Shown here: piece after piece, positions 8,863 to 17,800 of the stretch
How the letters are laid out: each line of letters opens with the position of its first letter
Numbering within the stretch: the stretch's first letter is position 1
From: an uncultured virus (IMG/VR IMGVR_UViG_3300037585_002406)
Lineage: Duplodnaviria > Heunggongvirae > Uroviricota > Caudoviricetes > Crassvirales
DNA: 20,000 nt
Strand: one strand, 5' to 3'
IMG/VR virus record: IMGVR_UViG_3300037585_002406
Notes under the pieces: model-generated
Seen by the model: only the letters and a program-made list of their open reading frames with translations
What the model was told of the DNA's origin: nothing
Databases searched by the model: none
Program-made: the position numbers and the translations under genes

Positions 8863-10020
8863 ATGAGTAACGGATTAACTTCAGGACAAAAAACTACGGA
8901 GGCTTTAGCAATTGCTAATATGAATCCAGATCAGCGAGAAGCTTATCAAGATCAATTAACTAAGCAGGGTCGTCAAAGTGCTCTACTATCTGGTGGAGCT
9001 GGATTGTACGACGTTATCTCTGGTAAAAAGAAACAAAAAGATGCAGAGGGCGAAATAGAGACTCTGGGTGCAGAAGCGGATAAGATAAGAGAGCAGATGA
9101 AGAAGTCCAAGGTTCCAGGGGCTACAGACCCTGAGACCGTAGCTGCTGCTGTACGTAACGCAGCTATACTGGGTAGCGGAAAGCAAAGAGACGATTCATC
9201 TGAGCTCGCAGCCGCTAAGATGGCTATGGAGTCTGGTGCAGACCCCAGTCAGATACAGTCTGCTCTAAGTAAAGCTACGCAGGAAAAGGACGAAGCTGAG
9301 GAGGCTGAAAAGTCTGGGTTAATGAGAGAGGGGTTAGGTTCTGCCAGAGAGCAGGCAATGCAGCAATATCAGAAAGATATGGCTGATATGGGTATGGATT
9401 ATGATGAGAGTCAGGCGGCCCTACAACAAGCTCAGCAAGAAAGCCTACTTGGCCAACAACAGGCACAGGCGGGTACAAGGAATTTAATAAGCGGTGCATC
9501 GCAACTGCTTGCAAACCCTAGATCTGAGGAACAGCAGGCTGAGGCTAAAGAAAAGAGACAGGACTTCTTTGATAAGGCTAAGGACTTTTTTCAAACTGAC
9601 AGAGGGGAACTTCGTGAGGATAAAAAGTTTGCTGAAGAACAAGGTCTAGACCCAACAGAATTTGTAGAGGAGGAGGGTTTTGAGTTTCCTGACGAGGATC
9701 CCCCTGTGGAGGATTTGTCCGAAGGTTTTGCTAAAGGAGGTAGAGTTGTGCAGAAAACACCAGGTGCGTTTAAGCACGATGACGGAGACGGAGTGTATGA
9801 AAAGGGTGAGAATGAGCTTATATTGATGGCACAGAAGTCGGGCGGACTAGTGGATACAGGGATACGCCAGACTGGCGGTGAGTTTGTTATAAACCCTAAG
9901 CAGGCCAGGGGAATGGAGAAGGCATACGAGAAGGTAAAGAAAAAGAAAAACCCAAGTAAAGCAGACCTTATGTCTCTATTCAATGCTGTGCGTTTTCTTG
10001 ACGAGCCTCAATTTGATTAA
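8863..10020 (+). CDS. Putative internal virion/ejection (cargo) protein, 385 aa
   Basis: Ala/Gln/Glu-rich helical composition, short Gly-rich hydrophobic patch (ALLSGGAGLYDVISG), acidic linker, then a C-terminal block FAKGGRV...TGGEFVINP. Position directly after the tail genes. Function inferred. Confidence 0.6.
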   Translation: MSNGLTSGQKTTEALAIANMNPDQREAYQDQLTKQGRQSALLSGGAGLYDVISGKKKQKDAEGEIETLGAEADKIREQMKKSKVPGATDPETVAAAVRNAAILGSGKQRDDSSELAAAKMAMESGADPSQIQSALSKATQEKDEAEEAEKSGLMREGLGSAREQAMQQYQKDMADMGMDYDESQAALQQAQQESLLGQQQAQAGTRNLISGASQLLANPRSEEQQAEAKEKRQDFFDKAKDFFQTDRGELREDKKFAEEQGLDPTEFVEEEGFEFPDEDPPVEDLSEGFAKGGRVVQKTPGAFKHDDGDGVYEKGENELILMAQKSGGLVDTGIRQTGGEFVINPKQARGMEKAYEKVKKKKNPSKADLMSLFNAVRFLDEPQFD

Positions 10021-10022
10021 AT

Positions 10023-11615
10023 ATGGAAAATAAATATTACGACCACTTAAAGCCTCAACTGCCTCAACAGAATTTTTCTGATGTTGTAAATCAACAATTA
10101 CAGATTGTACAGCAGCAGCAACAACAGAGGCTTGCTCAGCAGATGCTTGTAGAGAAGGAGCAGCGTAAAATGCAGGACGCTCAGCAACAAGAACTGTTAG
10201 GATTTGATGTGTCTAAGTTCTCAGACGTTGATAAACAGGTGTTTGGAGCTAAAAGAGACTGGTTGGCAGATAGAATAAATAACTTCCACTATACGGGTAG
10301 AAATAGATCTGATTTCGTAACCGACGTAACCGCCTTAAAAACATCATTTGAGACGCTAGAACAGCACCATAAGAATACAAACAAAGAAAGAGACACTTTA
10401 GAAGGGTATGTATCTGGTACACAGCCTTGGACAGATAAGGTGATGCAGTTAGGAGATAACAAAGAATCTCTAGATTACAAAGTTCAGCAGTGGAATAACT
10501 CAGGCGTAGAACCCGATTCTATAGAGATAGATCCAAACACTGGTGATGCATATGCATACTATGTAGATATTAACGGAACGAGGATGCAGGGAGAGGACGG
10601 AAAGGATATGTACGGTTTGGTGTCTCAATCGCCTACCAGAGGATCTAAAGAGCATTTTGCCCCTACGGTATCACCTTACGCAAACCTATTGCCTGGTGAA
10701 TTCTCTAAAGATTATGCGTCAGCAGCCACTAGACTGAAGAAAAATGAGAACCTTACATACGAAGAAAAGCTAGACACGCTTAGATCTTGGGTTACAGCGG
10801 ATGCTATGAAGAACCAAGCTGTTGGTGCAACAGCCAGATCTCAATTCGTACAAAATTACGGTGAGTCGGTTCATGAGTCAGTATTACAAGACGATCAAAC
10901 TAAAAATGGACAAGAACCTGGATACGTATCTATGGATGTACGTGAGTATGTTGATGAGACAATGAGATTTTTAGAGGGTAACCTTATGGATGCGCCTGAC
11001 GATGATGATGATTCAGCACCGTCTATATTCCCATCGTCTGTAGAGTTTAAGGTTGATCAATTCCAAAAACCAGGACAAGGTTTTGTAGGACCGATTATGC
11101 CAGGATCTGAAGGGGATGACGAAAAATTTGGTAGCGGAATAAGCAGTCTTATGGTTCCTAAATCTGGAGTAGGTAAGTCTAGCATTACGGTAGAGAAGTC
11201 GTATATACCTCAGAATAATACAGATCCAAGGGCTAATGAAGTAAGCGATCAATACAGAGTGTTAGGCGTTGCTATGGATAACAGCGATGTTCCTAAATTA
11301 TTTGTACGTGCTGAAATGTATTTACAGAAAAACATTAATGATTTAGATCCGACGTATGCGGCTACTCTGCAGGGTTATGATATAAATATTGATGGAAAAA
11401 CTGTCGACAAGAAAGAAGCGGTTAATATCGTAGTTGATGCATACACTCCAGATGGAGAGACAAATCAAGAATATATCAGTATTTTAGCGCAGTTAGGGTA
11501 TGCTTCTGGTGTAAAGGATGGCGAAAGGAATGAAGCAATAAAGAAGGGTGTAGAGGTTCTAAGAACCTTTAATGATAGTGAAGCGCAGATATTTGCATCC
11601 CAACCAAGGCCATAA
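10023..11615 (+). CDS. Hypothetical protein, probable internal virion/ejection protein, 530 aa
   Basis: Long ORF 2 nt after the previous TAA; Gln-rich coiled-coil-like N-terminus; lies between a cargo-like gene and the giant polyvalent gene. No catalytic motif recognised. Confidence 0.6.
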   Translation: MENKYYDHLKPQLPQQNFSDVVNQQLQIVQQQQQQRLAQQMLVEKEQRKMQDAQQQELLGFDVSKFSDVDKQVFGAKRDWLADRINNFHYTGRNRSDFVTDVTALKTSFETLEQHHKNTNKERDTLEGYVSGTQPWTDKVMQLGDNKESLDYKVQQWNNSGVEPDSIEIDPNTGDAYAYYVDINGTRMQGEDGKDMYGLVSQSPTRGSKEHFAPTVSPYANLLPGEFSKDYASAATRLKKNENLTYEEKLDTLRSWVTADAMKNQAVGATARSQFVQNYGESVHESVLQDDQTKNGQEPGYVSMDVREYVDETMRFLEGNLMDAPDDDDDSAPSIFPSSVEFKVDQFQKPGQGFVGPIMPGSEGDDEKFGSGISSLMVPKSGVGKSSITVEKSYIPQNNTDPRANEVSDQYRVLGVAMDNSDVPKLFVRAEMYLQKNINDLDPTYAATLQGYDINIDGKTVDKKEAVNIVVDAYTPDGETNQEYISILAQLGYASGVKDGERNEAIKKGVEVLRTFNDSEAQIFASQPRP

Positions 11616-11616
11616 T

Positions 11617-11631
11617 TCACTATATTTGTAA
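11617..11631 (+). promoter_or_regulatory. Putative Bacteroidota-type -7 promoter element (TAnnTTTG) within TCACTATATTTGTAA
   Basis: TATATTTG at 11621-11628 in the 28-nt gap before ATG 11644, followed by an A-rich leader; near copy of 8844-8858. Confidence 0.55.
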
Positions 11632-11643
11632 AAAATAACGCAT

Positions 11644-11871
11644 ATGGCGAGTAAACTTTCACAAAACGATGGCCAGTTCATCGACGATCTGATTAGCGAG
11701 AAGCAAACTTTTTTTTTTAAAGGGAAACCCAAAGGGCGTTTCAATGCAAGAAGGAGGCGAAGTAGATCCGCCTCTTTTGGATTCTCAATCAGCTGGAACT
11801 TCGTCGGGGTTTACTTTACTACCTCAAACTCCGAATTTAGAATCGGATATACCAGAGCAAACAGATCCTGA
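11644..11871 (+). CDS. Short leader ORF (75 aa); probably the out-of-frame N-terminus of the giant protein
   Basis: ATG follows the promoter-like motif and A-rich leader. The first ~24 codons look protein-like (MASKLSQNDGQFIDDLISEKQTFF). After the T10 tract it overlaps the giant ORF, becomes Arg/Ser-rich and ends in TGA, whereas the five upstream genes all end in TAA. Confidence 0.5.
   Translation: MASKLSQNDGQFIDDLISEKQTFFFKGKPKGRFNARRRRSRSASFGFSISWNFVGVYFTTSNSEFRIGYTRANRS
11709..11718 (+). other. T10 homopolymer, candidate slippage/frameshift site
   Basis: ACT TTT TTT TTT AAA GGG AAA CCC; removing one T fuses the leader ORF to the giant ORF. Confidence 0.55.
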
Positions 11872-14800
11872 AGGATTTGAATTTGAAACAACAAAGTATC
11901 TATGGGAAAACTTAGACCCATCATTCGGTTATGATAATTACATAACTGATCGCTATAGTTCAGACAACGACATATTAAATGAGGTACCGCCTCTGCTACC
12001 TACTGCTGAAGGTTTAGATGAATGGATGACGGAAAACGCTCCAGAAGAAATAGCTCCTCCAGATCAACTTTCTGAAGTGGAGCAGATGTCTCCGTTCTTG
12101 GTTAACATATACAACAGTAATGTTGAAGCGTATAAAAACAATTTAAACGCTCGTAATGAAGCGGTAAATAACTTTAATGAAAGCGTAGTAAACCCTTACA
12201 ATGATTGGGTTGAGGATTATGACTCTGCAAGACAGAGAGTTATGAGGCAAGACCTTCAGGGTAGAAAAGCCTTAGAGGACATAAGGAGAAAGTCAACTCC
12301 AGAAAGCTATAATGAAATGATCAATAACCCTACTTTTGGGGTCTTAGATTTAGGGTTATTAAAGCTAAGAGAGAAGTCTGGGGTTTCTTTTAAAAACCCT
12401 GATGGAATTCTTATGACTAGAGGTGATGTTTTATTGTCTGATTTATATGAAGGTAGTGCTGATGAGTTAATTGCTATATTAGATGAAGAGGCAGCTTCTT
12501 TTAGAGAGCAGGGGCTTACTGAAATTGATGGTCAGATTGAACAACAAAGAGAGGAGGTTGAAAATAAAAAACCTAAAGGAGGGAAGCCTTACTTTGGTGC
12601 TCAAGCAAAATTAAAAGCTCTAGAAAAACAAAAAGAGGAATATTTAGCTGACGAGAGTCGCGGTAGAGATATAGCTGCACGTAAGTATTTTGAAAACCAC
12701 GTTCTTGAAAACTTAGCTATGAGTGAGGATGAATGGATAAATGAAACGCTAGTATCTAAGGGTGTTGCCCCAGGATCAGGAGTAAGCACAGAGGAGCTTG
12801 GTTTTGGAACATACAAAGAGTACATACAGAATCTTGAAGCTAAGATATATGGCGATCTCCTGTATAATAAAGAAGCTTATGACTTTTCTGAAGATTTAGG
12901 CATGGATGGTTTCAAGCTGATACTTGACGATGATGTAGCTGTGGGTGATAGAAATAGTAGATGGACTGACGCAGCATTAAGTTGGAGACAGGGGGTTGTT
13001 CAGCTTGAAGGTATGATAGACGCTACAAACACTGCATTTCAAGAGGTGGAAGAACTCTCTCTTGTGGATCAGCAAGCTTTGCTTGATTCTGATGCCAGCT
13101 GGTGGAACAGATTAGCATCTAGCGCTTATGCTATAGCTTCACCATCCAGCCCATCATTAAAAGCTATTGATCAAGCTGTAGGGGCTGTTAGATATTTTAC
13201 TGGTGAGGAAAGTGAAGAAACCGAATCTTTAAGAAACGCGTTGGCTGAAAGAGATGAGGAAAGAAATCAAAAGATGTCCGAACTACAACAGCAATCTACT
13301 CAATATGCTGTTAATGCAAAGCAGTTAGATTTATTTGGATCTGATGCTATACTCAACGAAAATATACAGGTGGAAAATTTATCCGCTATGTACAATCAAG
13401 CTAAGAGGGATGTAGTGTTTAATGAAGAGATACAACCAGCAATAGCCTCATCACCTACATCTCTAGCTGTTATGAGTGTTGCTGTAGCTACAGCACCTTT
13501 TACGGGGGGTAATAGTTTTGTTGCTGCAGGTGCCTCTGGTTTGACTATGGGCACTCTAGTTATGAATAGAACGTATTACGATAGTTTTACCAACCCTATA
13601 TACTACGAAAAAAATGATGACGGAAGCACAAACTGGGATGCTCCTAAAATATCAGAGGTTGAGAGACACGGTATGTCTTTCCTTCACGGAACGGCTGAAG
13701 GTCTTGGAGAGGGTGTAGGCACATATGTTACGTTTGGCATAGGTAAGTTTGCTCTCACTCCAGGTAGATTTAGCCCGTACAGCATGTTTAAGGGGGCTCC
13801 TAGCTTAACGGGTGCTACGCAATATTCTGCAGGTAGAAAAGCTTTAGACTACGGATTTGGAATGGCAACAAGTATGGGTATAGGAGCTGGTGAAGAGTTT
13901 ATAGCTGAAGGGGTTACTGGCGTTTCTCAGATGGCTATAGATTCTTATTTTTCTGGAGAGAAGTATACACGAGCTCAGTATGCTGAAAGGTTTATGAAGG
14001 ATGGTAAAATAGGTGCGTGGGCTGGTCTGGGCATGGGTGGTGGAGCTTATACCATAGGATCTGGTAAAGCTTTGTACGAGAAGTATTACGCACCAGAGGT
14101 ATTTAACTCAAGGGTTGTAGATGCTTATGACAATCAACTTACAAGTAGTGGATTCTTTTTCGACGGAGTAAGTAAGGTTAAATTAAAAAACCTTACAAAG
14201 CAGTTAGATATAATAAGAAGAGGCAACGCTGCTGGGACAAACTTAAAAGATCTTACAACAGAACAGAAGGAGGCTATAGATAAAGCAACAGAGTTGAGTG
14301 AGGAATTAAACACCGCTCAGGTTAGAGACCAGACGCTTTTAAAAGCATTAAGAGAGAACGGAAGAGGAGACTTAGTTGCGGAGCTTGTTGCTATGGATAA
14401 TAGGCTTTTATTCTTAAAGTCTATGCTTGCTGAATATTCGCAAAATGAAGATGGTCAGTGGATGGATGCTGATGGTAACCTTACAGACGATCCTACAAAG
14501 ATGGAGCTGTACCAAATGAGCCTTGAACTTACAGATACGAAGAAGAAAGAGATGGGGGCTGAGATGACTTCCATACTTTTAGAAGTGGAGAAGATAAGAG
14601 ACGCTGCGGAAAACAATGCTGTACATTCACCAGACTATACCCCTAAAGACAGAGCTAAAGGTGTGGGTAATTGGAGAGATAATGCTGATCCTAATCAATA
14701 CAATGAGGTTTCATTTAACGAGGAAACAAGTGAAGTAGTAGGCGACGTACCTAACGAGTTTTCAGACATTATAAATAGATATGCAGAAGCTGCAAAGGGG

Positions 14801-17800
14801 ACCGCTAAAATCATAGTGCATAAAACAGAAAAATCATTTAGATTGGTGTCAGGATCGGATAGCTCAGATCTTGCTCAATACAGAGAAGCAAATCCAGAAG
14901 AGAGAAAAAACAAATATGTAGATGAGATACATGTTTACGCAGGAGAAAAGCAGACTAAACAAGGTTTAGAAAAAAACTTAATACATGAGTATGGTCACGT
15001 TGCACTTAGAGACATTGTAGCAGACACAGAGGCAAGAGAGAGACTTGTGTCTGAAATATTAAAAATAGATAATGCAAAGGTACAGTCTATGGTAGAGGAT
15101 GTAAGACAAACTTACCTAGACTATGAAAAAGATGCTCTTGAGACAGAGGTGATAGTAAACTTCATGGACCAAGTTGCTACCTTAGAGTTAAGTCAGTCTG
15201 ATATAACCCAAGGATTTGAAGGGTGGGGTTTAGATATTATGCGTCAGGCTGGTAAGCTTGGACTAACAAGCAATGAAGCGGTGCTTCGTGATAAGGACTC
15301 TGTTGTAAAACTTGCTTCTAAGTTTACAAACTTTGTAAGACAAAATGGAGGAATCACAGGTATAAGAACACCTAAGCAAGCTGAGGCTCTTAGGACGCAG
15401 AGACAGGCTGAAACTGCAATTGAGCAGGCAGATAGTTCTGATGCGGCTGGTATGGCGGCAAGAGAATTTAACTACCTTAAAAACACAAAGATCTACTACA
15501 AAGAAGTTACATCTAGAGAAGGTAGAGATGGTATAACTAGAGTTACCTCTGTAAGAGAAAAGACTGCAGACCTTAGCGATTACAATCATTTTAGAAACCT
15601 ATATGCTAAGATGACAGGTAACGGTGCTGCTCCTAGCAGAATGGAAGATATATACTTTGTGAAGGACGGTAGAAGATTTGATGTAAAGCCTCCAAGGCCT
15701 AAGACAGATAGACGGGGAAATATCTTACAGATGGAGGTTCCTAGGAGGATGACCTACAACGAAAGAAAACTTGCCAGAGCTCAAGAAACGCAGGAGTATA
15801 CGGATATGCTGGCTCAAGAGAGGGCGGACCTTATGACGGAGGTTGGTGATCTTTGGAAAAATAATGATAAGAACATTAGCTCTTATACCAACTTGTCTGA
15901 CTTTAGCCCTACAGTAAGAGGGATGTTTGATGTAGGTCCTAGATCTAGAACTATAGAGCAAATAAATTCAGACATAGAAGATCAAGTTATTTCAAAGCAA
16001 AACATACAAGCTCTTATAGACTCCGAGATAACAGAAGATGATCTTAAGGCTCTAGCAGGTAGATTCACAAAAATTGGCAGGAAGTCAAACCCTAGCATAT
16101 TCAATATGAGTGGGTTGCGTAAAGAAGAAACACATGAGCAGAAAGCGGACCGCCTCACAAACGATATGGAAGGTAAAGGTTCTTTATGGCAACTACTACC
16201 AAAAGACTCACCATCTTATCAGAAACGTATACCTGATCTAAGATTAGCTACGCCTGCTGAACTGCAGTATGCATCAGACAGATTTGATAGAATAGAGGAT
16301 GAGCCTTTAGACGGTGACTTGCTTGATATCGACGCATCAGAACCTACAGGCTTAGCTGCAAGATCTATAAATTATGACAAGAGAAAAGCTATATTTAAAG
16401 GTGTTACTGCTGAAAACTTTAATGATTTTGTAAACGGTAAAATAAAATCTGGTAGGATACAGAGCTTTGAAGACCTTAAGAATTTAATGAGAGAGGCTAA
16501 CATGCTTGACTCTACAGGAAAACTTCAAATGACTATTCACAATGTAGACAGAACAATGGTTGGTCCTGGATCACTGCCCGTACATGGAGATGTTTTTAAT
16601 TTCCATTTATCTGGTGGTCCTTTAGGAAACTCTGTTGGAGCTATGCAGGGCGCTAATGTTGGTCACAATACCACAACAAGACAGTCTAGTATTAACATTA
16701 CAACTTATGCAGATGTCGCAAAAAAAACCAACAAAACATATTTATTAGGACTTAGATTGCTTACAGAAAAAAATAGTCTTGGTAATCCTCAAGTATTTAA
16801 GTTAGCTGTAAACTATACTTTAGAGTATTTAAAAAATGAAAAAACACCAGAGTCCACACAAGATTATCTAGTTGAAAGTTTAAATCGTTTCTTTAATAAT
16901 AAATCTTACGTAGCTGGTTCAAGAAGCACTAAAAAAGGATCTGAACAAAAGGTAAGCTTACTAGGTAAAAAGTTTCAACCTTTCGGTGGGGTGGATGGCG
17001 TGACTATGCAAACTGGATCTATGCATATAAACTCTAGGCAAGGGTTATTTAATTTCTTAGAAGAAATATCAAACGCATCTATAAATGAGATTACATCTAA
17101 TGTCAGCTTTGAAGATAGAACTGCTCTATCAACAAGATTATTTAGGACTAAGGTGGGACTTGGAGCTCAACCTGGATTTGTAAATCAAGAGCAGTTTTTA
17201 GATGCGGTAAATCAAAGTGAGTATAAAGGTGTAGAAGCAGGAAGTGTTGTTAATGCAACACTAATGGACGTTAACAATACAAACTTACATGGAATTAAAG
17301 GCGTATCAGGTCACTTACAGGGTGTTGGAGCTGATGCTCTTGCAGAGTCTACATCATACGATTTTGGGGTTACTGGACATACAACAACATTTCATTTTGA
17401 AAAACCTCTGTCTAATGAAGCTACCAATAAGATGGCTGCTAGACAGCAAACTAGCGGTGAATACTTAGCTTCACGTAGATTGCCAGGAAGGGTGTATGCA
17501 GAGGGTAACTCAACGTGGGAGAAGTCAACACCTACGGCTTACGGAGCTCAGATGCAGAGACTTGCTATAAAATTACAGGATAGATTTAGCGATGTTTTAT
17601 TGCTACAGCAGGACGTGGAGGAGTTTAGAGGTAGTAAAGTTCCTGAGTCTCAAGATTTTGAGATGGCTATGGATCTGATGTATGGTAAAGTACGTACAGA
17701 TTTAGAGGCTTTGGAGGGTAGATTAGAGCTTATAAACTTTGCTATGGAAGAGGCTGGATTGACGGCTGAGGATGTATCAGATTATTTGTACGCTAAGCAC

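Noticed and set aside
11680..11718. T10 as the U-tract of an intrinsic terminator
   Set aside because: No GC-rich hairpin immediately upstream; the only candidate stem lies downstream.
11716..11728. -1 slippery heptamers T_TTA_AAG and G_GGA_AAC
   Set aside because: They are phased in the giant ORF frame, so a -1 shift would leave that frame; a -1 shift from the leader at the T-run hits TAA. Only +1/-2 joins the ORFs.
16308..16335. DGDLLDID as a possible crAss-type virion RNA polymerase catalytic motif
   Set aside because: Does not fit DxDxD/DFDID spacing, sits in an acidic linker, and I saw no other polymerase motifs.
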